Shown piece by piece: positions 1-8,378 of a DNA stretch of 64,000 bases. The number at the start of each line of letters is the position of its first letter. Position 1 is the first letter of the stretch. Source of the DNA: Planctomycetota bacterium (GTDB lineage: Bacteria > Planctomycetota > PLA2 > JAEUHO01); assembly GCA_050248855.1 (NCBI GenBank), contig JBFWRP010000019.1:1-64000 (forward strand). Direction: 5' to 3'. Position numbers and translations under genes: made by a program. A model generated the notes under the pieces. It did not search any database. It saw only the letters and a list, made by a program, of their open reading frames with translations, and was not told the DNA's origin.

Positions 1-366
1 CTAGACGGGCGGCGGTTCGTCGAACGGATCGAACGGCACGGGCGGACGGATGGGCCGCGCCGGCTCGTCGTCCGGGGCGTCGGGAGCATAGCGCGTCGGC
101 GCGGGCGGCGGCTTCGGCGCCGTCGTCGTCGGCTTGGCACGGGCCGTGGGCGCAGGGCGCGACTCGGCGTCCATCTCGCGCTGCAGCTGGCGGATCTCGT
201 CGCGCACCGGCTTGGCCACCTCGCCCAGGTTGCGGCGCAGCTTGGCGTAGGCGCGCCCGGCGTTGCGCAGCACGTCGGGCAGCTCGCCGCCGAACACGAG
301 GAGGGCCACGAAGCCGATGACCAAGAGCTCCGTGAAGCCCAGGTCGAAGAGCGCCAGGAACGTCAT
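1..366 (-). CDS. tatB: Twin-arginine translocase TatA/TatB family subunit
   Basis: MTFLALFDLGFTELLVIGFVALLVFGGELPDVLRNAGRAYAKLRR: N-terminal TM, FG hinge, amphipathic helix, Pro-rich tail. ATG overlaps the upstream stop (ATGA); TAG at 1-3. Confidence 0.8.
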   Translation of the reverse strand: MTFLALFDLGFTELLVIGFVALLVFGGELPDVLRNAGRAYAKLRRNLGEVAKPVRDEIRQLQREMDAESRPAPTARAKPTTTAPKPPPAPTRYAPDAPDDEPARPIRPPVPFDPFDEPPPV

Positions 367-3300
367 TTCTCCTGGGGCCTCCACAGGATGCGGCTCCCGT
401 CGAGGAACAGGGGCAGGCCGTCGCGCAGGTCGATGACGACGCGCGCATGGTCGCTGGCCACTTCGTCGGCCTTCTGCAGGGTCACGCCGCGCGGGGGCAT
501 GCCCGTGAGCTCGGCCTGCGCGCGGGGCACGTCGAAGGTGAACCGCGTCCCCCAGATGCGCACCGGCGCCTGGGGGTCCCCGGCCTGGAAGAACGTGTCC
601 GGTCCCGAGGCCACCATCTGCTCGACGTCCACGGCCTCGCGGGACAGGAAACCCGAGCCCGTGACCTCCAGGGTCTTGGCCATCAGGATGGCCGGAGGTG
701 AGGTGGTGCCCGCCGGCGAGGTGCGAACCGTGCGCTCGACGACGACATCCCGGGCATCCAGTCGCGTGGGCAGGAGCCGGATCGTGCCGCGGTACTGGAT
801 CACGTACCGCTCCAACCGCTCGGGGCGCACGGCGTCGCGGCGGTAGAGGCGGATTCGCGCGGTCTGGCCGTCGCCGGCGGTCGCGTCGGCGCGTTCGGCC
901 ACGCCATCCCGCCAGACCAAGCCCAGGCGCGAGGCCTCGATCTCCGTGCGGGCTTCGCCGTCGCCCAGCCAGGCCCCGGCGCCGCGGGAGGCGTCCCCGA
1001 GGACGTCCACGCGGTGCAAGGCGGCCGTGTAGCGCATCCGGGCGCCGCTGACGCGGCCCATGACGCCGGAGAGATCCACGCCGCCCGTGGCGTCCAGCCA
1101 CTCGATCTCGCCATTCGTCAGCTGCACCTCGACGTCGCCCGCCGACAAGTCGACGCGCTGACGCACGACGGCGTGCGTGGGCCTTGCCGGAACGCTGCGT
1201 CCGCCCGGCGGCGAGGCAGGCGGGTCGAACATGCGGGCAAACGGAGTGGTCGCCGATCCGGGATCGCGGGCGTGGCGGCCGTCGTCGGCATGCGCCAAGA
1301 CGATCTCCAGCGACCCCGCGCGCAGGCGGTCGACGACGAGCGACGCGCTGCGCAGCTCGGCGGTGACGGGGCCGGCGATCCGCACGGACTGCTCTTCGGC
1401 CGTGTCCAGGGCATCGTCCGCTCCAGCGCGTACGAGCGCCACGTCGATGCGTGCGTCCGTGCGCAGCGTGAGCGAACGGGCGGGACGGACATCGCGCTCG
1501 CGGCTGAAGCCGTCGCTGCCGTCCCCCTCCGCCATCCACACCACGCCCCGAACACCGTGCCGCGCGGTGATGCGGCCGGCGGCCCGGTCCAGCGTGAAGA
1601 GCTGGGCCTCGATCTCGTGGTCCTGGCCCGGCGCCACGCGGGAGCGGATGCGCGCGGGCGCGCCCGCACGGCCCACCAGGCGGGCCGAGGCCCCGGGCGA
1701 CTCGTAGATCGCCTCGCTCGCCGAGACCCACGTCGGCAAGCCCACGGAGGCGCCCCCGATCTCGGTCTGGATCTGGACGTCTTCGTGCGCAAGCAGCCGA
1801 TGCACGGTCCAGCGGCCCTCGCTGCGGGTCGCCGCCGTGGCGCCGGAAGCCGGCGCCGGTTCGGGCGTGTCCGCCCCGAGGAGACCCTGGTCCTGGCGCA
1901 GCAGCGGCAGGGTGACCGCCGTGCCCGGGCCGATCGCTGCGATGCGCGGACGCTGCGTATCCAGGGCTTCCGCGACGAGCCGCGGCGTGGTGCCCTCGAT
2001 CCAGGGGCTGCCGATGCGCACGTCGCCCTCGGCCACGAGCGTCGTCACCGTGGTCGTCGAGGGCGTCGTGGGCGTTGCCGCGATCTCATGGACCAAGAAC
2101 TCGATGCGATCGCCCGCGAGCGTGTCCTCGCGCACACCCAGCTCCGGGTTCTGCCGTGCGAGGAGCGCGCCGCCTTCGAGCACGATGCGCCGCAAGGCCG
2201 CGGCATCGTGGTCGGGGTCGCCCAGGGCGGCATCGACGGGCTCGATCCACGCGCGGTCGGTCGCCGTGGCGAGGATGCGATCACCCGGACGCGTGAGCGA
2301 GCCCAACGACAGGTCGCCGCGAACGACGATGCGGGGCTGGCCCTCGAGCTCGGTGCGGGCGGCGCCGGTCGGCGGCACCAAGTGCATCAGCTCGCGGGCC
2401 TCGAGGCGGGCGAGGTACGTGCGGCCGTCGGCCGTCGCGTGGGGGTAGTCGATCGTGACGCCCTCGTCCCCGTGGAGCTCGCGCAGGGACCAGCGCCCCG
2501 CCATCTCGCCCTTCTGGTCCGAAGGCGGGCCCTCACGCACGGCGAGCAGCTCGAGCCAGCCGGCTTCGAGAAACCGTCCGCCCGACTGCTCGGCGCGAAC
2601 GCCGTGGGGGAACTGCACGCGCATGCGCGTCTCGTTGCGGGCCGCCTCGCGGACGAGGAGCGCCTCCTCGTCGGACACGATCTGCGTGGGGCGCATCTCC
2701 CCGTCCCCGAAGCCGAACACGGCACGGCCCTGGCTGTCGCGCAGGTCCCCATGGATGTGCAGGCGCGGCCGGCGCACGACGCGTACGCGCGACCAGCCGT
2801 TCTCGGCGCGATCGATTTCCAGACCCTCGCCGGTCAACGTGAGCGCTTCGTGCTCGACGCGGAACGGACCCTTGCCCTCGACGCGGCCCTGGTTGGGGTG
2901 GACCGTCAGCTGGTTGCCCTTGACCTGGATCCACTGCTCGAGGTCCTCGAGCTCGACGTTGCCCGCCAGGTGCACGACGTTGCGCGACGTGGCGTCACTT
3001 TCGATGATGCCTTCGGTGCGCCTCAGCTCGCGCGCCAAGCTGCCGATGGCCACGGCCTCGTCGGCCCGCATGCGCTGGTGGAGGACCGCCTCGAGGTTGC
3101 CGGCCAAGCGGGCTTCCGCTTCGGCGAGCGTGCGGGGAGCGCGGTAGATCTCGAGCACGACCTGGTCGCAGCGCACGCCCTGCGAGCTGCCGCCCGTCCC
3201 CGGCAGGGGCTCGAAGCGAGCGCAGCGGAAGCGCCAGCCGAACCACCCCAGGATCTCGCGGCGGGCGCCGCTGCCCGGGTCCTCGAACACGAGCGTCTCG

Positions 3301-3527
3301 GTCGCGGACTGGACCGTCACGTCCCGGCCGCCCGACGTGCGCAGCGGCAGGCTGCCCTCGGCGTGCAGCGCCAGCTCGTTGGGCCTGGCCGAGGGCTCGG
3401 GGGCCCGGACGACGATCGTGGGAGCCTCGTCCGGGCTCCGCATGGCGCCGAGCCCGCCTGCCAGCTTCACGAGCCCGCCCACGCCCAAGGACGCGAACAG
3501 CAGGAACAAGAGGACGCGACGTCTCAC
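363..3527 (-). CDS. Large membrane-anchored protein with multiple LptC/LptA(OstA)-like beta-jellyroll segments
   Basis: GTG overlaps the kdsC stop. N-terminal TM (RRRVLLFLLFASLGVGG). Repeated OstA-like patterns (VHLAGNVEL; LTLTGEGLEID; WLDATGGVDLSG..VSGARMRY; IWGTRFTFD..AELTG). Lies downstream of kdsC, where lptC/lptA usually sit. Confidence 0.55.
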   Translation of the reverse strand: MRRRVLLFLLFASLGVGGLVKLAGGLGAMRSPDEAPTIVVRAPEPSARPNELALHAEGSLPLRTSGGRDVTVQSATETLVFEDPGSGARREILGWFGWRFRCARFEPLPGTGGSSQGVRCDQVVLEIYRAPRTLAEAEARLAGNLEAVLHQRMRADEAVAIGSLARELRRTEGIIESDATSRNVVHLAGNVELEDLEQWIQVKGNQLTVHPNQGRVEGKGPFRVEHEALTLTGEGLEIDRAENGWSRVRVVRRPRLHIHGDLRDSQGRAVFGFGDGEMRPTQIVSDEEALLVREAARNETRMRVQFPHGVRAEQSGGRFLEAGWLELLAVREGPPSDQKGEMAGRWSLRELHGDEGVTIDYPHATADGRTYLARLEARELMHLVPPTGAARTELEGQPRIVVRGDLSLGSLTRPGDRILATATDRAWIEPVDAALGDPDHDAAALRRIVLEGGALLARQNPELGVREDTLAGDRIEFLVHEIAATPTTPSTTTVTTLVAEGDVRIGSPWIEGTTPRLVAEALDTQRPRIAAIGPGTAVTLPLLRQDQGLLGADTPEPAPASGATAATRSEGRWTVHRLLAHEDVQIQTEIGGASVGLPTWVSASEAIYESPGASARLVGRAGAPARIRSRVAPGQDHEIEAQLFTLDRAAGRITARHGVRGVVWMAEGDGSDGFSRERDVRPARSLTLRTDARIDVALVRAGADDALDTAEEQSVRIAGPVTAELRSASLVVDRLRAGSLEIVLAHADDGRHARDPGSATTPFARMFDPPASPPGGRSVPARPTHAVVRQRVDLSAGDVEVQLTNGEIEWLDATGGVDLSGVMGRVSGARMRYTAALHRVDVLGDASRGAGAWLGDGEARTEIEASRLGLVWRDGVAERADATAGDGQTARIRLYRRDAVRPERLERYVIQYRGTIRLLPTRLDARDVVVERTVRTSPAGTTSPPAILMAKTLEVTGSGFLSREAVDVEQMVASGPDTFFQAGDPQAPVRIWGTRFTFDVPRAQAELTGMPPRGVTLQKADEVASDHARVVIDLRDGLPLFLDGSRILWRPQEK

Positions 3528-4057
3528 GAGGTCGCCTCGCGGGGTACGTCGTGCGCCTCCAGGACGCGGTCCCACTGCCCCTCGCGGCGCAGCAGCACCT
3601 CGATGGCCTCGCGCACCGCGCCCCGCCCGCCGCCCAGGCGACTGACGTAGCTGGCCACCGCCCGCACTTCCTCGGCAGCGTCCGCCGGGGCCGCCGACCA
3701 GCCGGCGATGCGCATCGGGGGGATGTCACCCAGGTCGTCACCGAAGAAGGCGGCCTCGCGGGGGTCCAGGGCGAGCTGGTCGCAGAGCTCGCGCAGGCGG
3801 CGGGCCTTGTCGCCGATGCCCTGGAGCACGATGTCGATGCCCAGCTCGGCGGCGCGGCGCGTCGTGGCGGCCGACACGCGACCGCTCAGGATCGCCGGGC
3901 GGATGCCCGCGGCCGGCAGCAGCTTGATGCCCGCGCCGTCCCGTGCGTGGAAGGACTTCAGCTCGAGGCCTTCGGCCGTGTACGTGATGCGGCCGTCGGT
4001 CAGGGTGCCGTCCACGTCCATGACGACGAGGCGGATCCGCAGGGGGGTCTCGGCCAT
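3524..4057 (-). CDS. kdsC: KDO 8-phosphate phosphatase (HAD, KdsC/YrbI)
   Basis: DVDGTLTDG, KSFHARDG, ILSGR, GDDLGD, GGRGAVRE motifs. Confidence 0.92.
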   Translation of the reverse strand: MAETPLRIRLVVMDVDGTLTDGRITYTAEGLELKSFHARDGAGIKLLPAAGIRPAILSGRVSAATTRRAAELGIDIVLQGIGDKARRLRELCDQLALDPREAAFFGDDLGDIPPMRIAGWSAAPADAAEEVRAVASYVSRLGGGRGAVREAIEVLLRREGQWDRVLEAHDVPREATS

Positions 4058-4180
4058 GGTCGTCGCTCCACGCTGCTCCCCGTCGGTCGGAGACCAGGCC
4101 CGCCCACCTCGTCCCCGCGACCCGGCGGCGCCCAGCGGCCGCGGGATCGGGCCCCCTAGGTTACGTCGTCGGCTGCGGCC

Positions 4181-4305
4181 GGACCCGGATTCAGGGCGGC
4201 AAACATCAACCTTGCGTGCAACGATCCAGGGGGCTTCCTGAAGAGCCCTCCTGCTGCGGCCACCGGGATTCTCGCTGCGCCACGGCCCGACTCGGATCCG
4301 GGTCC
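4181..4305. ncRNA. Candidate structured intergenic RNA (unassigned; possibly 6S-like or a leader)
   Basis: 12-bp closing stem GGACCCGGATTC / GGATCCGGGTCC with inner pairings, lying between divergent kdsC and scpA. No family motif recognised. Confidence 0.25.
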
Positions 4306-4471
4306 TTGACGGTCAGGAGACCGCCGTCGGCCCGGATACTCGCCGTCGCCGTGGCCCGCGTCGTTCCCGGCGCCCTCGCCACGGAGTGTCTTCAGGCAGC
4401 CTCCCCGCGACGCTGCGGGCCGCGGCCAACCGGGCCTTGGCCTCGCCCACCCCCGGAGGATCCCCCGTCCC

Positions 4472-6253
4472 ATGGACGAGCTCCGCGTCGATCTGGCGGC
4501 CTTCCGAGGGCCCCTGGACCTGCTCCTGCACCTCGTCCAGCAGGAGGAGGTCGACATCCTGGACATCCCCCTGGCGCGGGTGGCCGACCGCTTCCTGGAG
4601 GTGGTGCGCAGCCAGGTGCAGGGACTCGATGTGGACCAAGCGGGCGAGTTCCTCGTGATGGCCAGCCACCTGTTGGTCATCAAGAGCCGCTCGCTCCTGC
4701 CGCGGGACGAGCCCATCGACCTGGAGGACATCGACCCGCGCCTCGACCTCGTCCGGCAGCTGATGGAGTACCGCGACTTCAAGTCGATCTCCGAGGAGCT
4801 CGAGCGGCGGGCGGAGCTGGAGCGCCTCAAGCAGCCGGTGCGCGTCCGGCACGACCGCGTCGTTCCGGATCCCGCCGACGAGGAGCTCGAGGTCGATCTC
4901 TACGGCCTCGTGTCGGCGTTCCAGAAGCTGCTCGCCGAGACGGGTGACAGCGAGTCGGTGGCCATGCCCAAGGAGCGGCTGCCGATCACGCACTTCGTCG
5001 GCCGCATCTTCGACCAGCTCGTGACCGTCGGCGGCACCGCGTCCTTCCGCGAGCTGGTGGGCTCCAGCCGTGACCGCTCGGTCGTGATCGGGACCTTCCT
5101 GGCCCTGCTCGAGCTCATCAAGCTGCGCAAGGTGCGCGCCCTGCAAGACGGGCTCGGGGACATCCGCATCGAGCTCACGGAAGAGGCCATGGACCCGGGC
5201 CACGAGGACGCCGAGGAGATCGCCGAACGAGCGCTCGAGGCCAGTGCCATCGGCGAAGACGAGCGCAAGGGGCCGCGCGTGGTGTTCATGGGCACGCCCG
5301 AGTTCGCCGTGCCCACGCTGCGACGCCTGGCGGGCGCGGGCTACGAGCCGGTGCTCGTGGTCACGCCGCCTCCGCGACAAGCCGGCCGCGGCCGTCGGGC
5401 CAAGCCGACGCCCGTGGCCGTCGCGGCGGACGACTTGCAGGTCCCCGTGCATCGCACCCACGACGTGAACGCCCCCACGAGCCTGCGCGAGATCGCCGCG
5501 GCCCAACCCGATGTCATCGTCACGGCGGCCTTCGGCCAAAAGCTCAAGCGCGAGATCCTGGCGCTTCCGCATCACGGCTGCCTCAACGTGCACGCGAGCC
5601 TGCTGCCCAAGTACCGCGGCGCCAGCCCCATCGCGGCGGCGATCCGCGATGGCGCGCCCGAGATCGGCGTCACGATCTTCCGCATGACGAAGGGCTGGGA
5701 CACGGGCCCGATCCTGTCACGGCGTGGCGTTGCGCTGGGCCCCGACACGACGCTCGACGAGGCCACGGCGCAGCTGGCCGAGATCGGCGCGGACTTGCTC
5801 GTGGAGTCCCTCGGCCCCTGGCTGGCGGGCGAGCTCGAAGCCGTCCCGCAGGACGACGCCGAGGCCACGTACGTGGGCCGTGTGGAGAAGGACGACGGCA
5901 TCATCGACTGGTCGTTGCCCGCAAAGCGCGTCCACGACCACGTCCGCAGCGTCACGTCCTGGCCCGGGGCCCAAACGGCGTGGCAGCCCAAGGTGCGCCA
6001 CGACCCGCTGCCCCTGCTGGTGACCTCGACGCGCGTACTGGCGGCCGACGAGGCGCCCGCCCCATCCGACGAGGCGCGGCCGGGTACGGTGGTGGCGGCC
6101 AGCCGCGAGGGGCTGGACGTCACGTGCGGCGAGGGCGTGGTGCGCGTCTTGCGCGTGCGCCCCGCGGGCGGGCGCGAGATGGCCGTAGGCGACTTCCTGA
6201 ACAGCCGACGGGTGGCTGTGGGGGATCGGTTCGTGGCGCCCAAGGCGCCGTGA
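4472..6253 (+). CDS. scpA-fmt: ScpA (segregation/condensation protein A) fused to methionyl-tRNA formyltransferase
   Basis: N-term FRGPLDLLLHLV..AGEFLVMASHLLVIKSRSLLP..FLALLELIK (ScpA). C-term VVFMGTPEFAVPTL..NVHASLLPKYRGASPI..DTGPIL (Fmt). No stop between them. Confidence 0.88.
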   Translation: MDELRVDLAAFRGPLDLLLHLVQQEEVDILDIPLARVADRFLEVVRSQVQGLDVDQAGEFLVMASHLLVIKSRSLLPRDEPIDLEDIDPRLDLVRQLMEYRDFKSISEELERRAELERLKQPVRVRHDRVVPDPADEELEVDLYGLVSAFQKLLAETGDSESVAMPKERLPITHFVGRIFDQLVTVGGTASFRELVGSSRDRSVVIGTFLALLELIKLRKVRALQDGLGDIRIELTEEAMDPGHEDAEEIAERALEASAIGEDERKGPRVVFMGTPEFAVPTLRRLAGAGYEPVLVVTPPPRQAGRGRRAKPTPVAVAADDLQVPVHRTHDVNAPTSLREIAAAQPDVIVTAAFGQKLKREILALPHHGCLNVHASLLPKYRGASPIAAAIRDGAPEIGVTIFRMTKGWDTGPILSRRGVALGPDTTLDEATAQLAEIGADLLVESLGPWLAGELEAVPQDDAEATYVGRVEKDDGIIDWSLPAKRVHDHVRSVTSWPGAQTAWQPKVRHDPLPLLVTSTRVLAADEAPAPSDEARPGTVVAASREGLDVTCGEGVVRVLRVRPAGGREMAVGDFLNSRRVAVGDRFVAPKAP

Positions 6254-6263
6254 GGGGACCGGC

Positions 6264-6701
6264 ATGCGTGGGTTCGATCGGGTCTTGGTGCCGCTGGACT
6301 TCTCCGACGGGCGTTCGGAGATCTTCGACGTCGCCATGCGCGTCCGCTCCGACACGGGGAAGATCCTGCTGCTCCACGTGATCGAGTGGCTGCCGCAGGT
6401 CACCGAGGGCACCTTCGGCGTGTATGCGCATCGCAGCGACATGGAGAAGTACAAGAGCCAGGCGCAAGCCCGTCTCGAGCGCTACCGCCGGCAGCACGCG
6501 GACGTACCGATCGAGTGCTTCGTCCGCGAGGGCAAGCCCGCCACGACGATCCTCGAGGAGATCGACGAGCAGGAGCCCGACATCGTCGTGATGGGCACGC
6601 ACGGGCGCAGCCGCCTCGACCACCTGTTGATCGGCTCGGTGGCCGAGCGGGTCCTTCGCCGGGCCGGTCGGCCGGTCCTCGCGGTACCGTTCCGCGGGTG
6701 A
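6264..6701 (+). CDS. Universal stress protein
   Basis: RVLVPLDFS..DIVVMGTHGRS..LIGSVAERVLR. Confidence 0.92.
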   Translation: MRGFDRVLVPLDFSDGRSEIFDVAMRVRSDTGKILLLHVIEWLPQVTEGTFGVYAHRSDMEKYKSQAQARLERYRRQHADVPIECFVREGKPATTILEEIDEQEPDIVVMGTHGRSRLDHLLIGSVAERVLRRAGRPVLAVPFRG

Positions 6702-6927
6702 ACCGCGCCCAGGTCGCCGAGCCCTCCCTGGCGGGACCCCAAAACGGAAACGGGCCGGGGCGTGCGCCCCGGCCCTCATCCCATGAGCCTCACGGTCCCG
6801 CGGGTCCGGCTCCGGACCCTTCGCAAGGGTCAGGCGCCCGGGCTCACCTCACCGGGCGCCTGCCTTGCCAGGCAAGCGAGAGGTCCAACCGGGAGCAGGG
6901 CCCGTGCCAGCGGCCGGACCGAATCGA

Positions 6928-6952
6928 CAAGTCCTTGATGCGCAAGGACTTG
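6928..6952. promoter_or_regulatory. Perfect inverted repeat CAAGTCCTTG-N5-CAAGGACTTG (AAGT-N15-ACTT)
   Basis: 10-bp arms read directly; same AAGT-N15-ACTT geometry as at 33505-33539. Confidence 0.4.
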
Positions 6953-7963
6953 AAGCGCCGTGGCAGCCCCGGGGCCCGGGCCCGACGTCTCGCCGGCGCG
7001 ACATGGGGCCTCGGAGCCGTCGCGGCCCTTCGACGAGTCGGGGTCCTCCTGCTCGTGGTCGTGGGGCTGGCGTTGGCCGCCCTGCCCGCGCAGGCGGGGG
7101 AAGCCACCACCCCCGACGGCGACGTCGTGCGCTGGCCGGACGGCCTGCAGGGGATGGGCCGCCGCGTCCTGGACCTCGTGCCGCGCATCCGTCGCCAGGT
7201 GGCCGCGCGGCTCGAGCTCCCGGCCGAGGGCCCGATGGCCGTGGTGGAGCTGGCCCGTGGCGTCGAGGGGGCCTCGGGGGCCCTCGGGATGCCGGCACCC
7301 GCGTGGGCGGCGGGTGTGCACCGCGCGGGGCACATCGTGCTGCGCTCGGACCTGGTGGATGCGGGCGCGCCGCTCCGGACGCTCGAAACCGTCTTGCGCC
7401 ACGAGTGGGTGCATCTCGTCTGGTGGCGGCGCGCGGGCCTGCGCGCGCGCTTGTTGCCCCGGTGGTTCGAAGAGGGCTTGGCCGAGCACATCGGCGGCGG
7501 CGTGTCGCTGGACGGGGGCTCCGAGCTGGAGATCGCGGCCGCGTTCGACCATCTCCTGTCGTTCGGCGCCATGACCGAGGCCTGGCCCACGCTGGAGTAC
7601 GAGGCCGCACTCGCCTACCGCCAGAGCCAGAGCTTCGTGACCTGGCTCGGCGACGAGCTGGGGTGGCCGCTGCTCCGCGAGCTGCTTGGCCACTTGGCCG
7701 AGGGCCGCGTGCCCGAGGGTGCGTTCGAGACCGAGCCACCCTTCGACGCGTGGGTCGAGAAGCTGACCGGCCGCAAGCTCGCGTACTGGATCGTCCCGTG
7801 GCACGAGCACGTCGTCGAGTCGTCACGGCCCTGGTACCACCTCTTCCTGCGCGACCTCTGGGGAACGCTGTGGATGGCCCTGGCCGTGGTGGCCGCCATC
7901 GCGTTCTGGTTCGTCCGACGCAGCCGGCGCCGCCAGATCGATGCGCTTCCGGACGAGGAATGA
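6938..7963 (+). CDS. Exported zinc metallopeptidase (peptidase MA-like/gluzincin) with C-terminal TM; start uncertain
   Basis: Signal-like VLLLVVVGLALAALPAQA; LRHEWVH (HExxH); PRWFEEGLAE; C-terminal TM followed by a basic tail. Confidence 0.75.
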   Translation: MRKDLKRRGSPGARARRLAGATWGLGAVAALRRVGVLLLVVVGLALAALPAQAGEATTPDGDVVRWPDGLQGMGRRVLDLVPRIRRQVAARLELPAEGPMAVVELARGVEGASGALGMPAPAWAAGVHRAGHIVLRSDLVDAGAPLRTLETVLRHEWVHLVWWRRAGLRARLLPRWFEEGLAEHIGGGVSLDGGSELEIAAAFDHLLSFGAMTEAWPTLEYEAALAYRQSQSFVTWLGDELGWPLLRELLGHLAEGRVPEGAFETEPPFDAWVEKLTGRKLAYWIVPWHEHVVESSRPWYHLFLRDLWGTLWMALAVVAAIAFWFVRRSRRRQIDALPDEE

Positions 7964-8378
7964 CGCCGCCGTCGGTGGCTGCGAAGAGAACGGGGCGGGG
8001 ACGTCGGAAGCCGGGGGAAGGAGGCGGGGGCAGTCATGGCTCGAGCCGACGCCCCGCCCCGTGAAGAGCAGGACGTAGAGCGCGAACGCGGCTGCCTGCG
8101 TCCAAGGCGGCGGGCAGCGAGGGGTCAGCGAGTCGCGCATGCCTTCGTCTTCGCACAAGGGGTGCCAGCAGGTTCGGGCACGCGAGGTGCGCTCGGCCGT
8201 GTGAATCGCGCCGGATCGCGCCACGCCAATGGCTCGTGGCCGTGCGGGGAGAGGCCTGAAGATCGGGCCCGAGGCGGCGACGACGGGGGCGGCTCCCGTG
8301 TGCGGCGCGTGCCCATCGCCCAGGACGACCCGGAGGGGATGGGAATCGCGGCGACCGATCTCGCCAGATCGCGCCAGC

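Noticed and set aside
1014..3650. 878-aa plus-strand ORF and similar long overlapping ORFs (8229-10253, 34315-36483, 54553-57018, 61753-63477)
   Set aside because: Stop-poor alternative frames overlapping well-supported genes
4306..4340. Sigma-70 promoter TTGACG..GATACT for scpA
   Set aside because: Spacer of about 23 nt is too long
7964..8378. Short ORFs between the peptidase and bEBP genes
   Set aside because: No convincing RBS, motif or codon pattern; treated as intergenic
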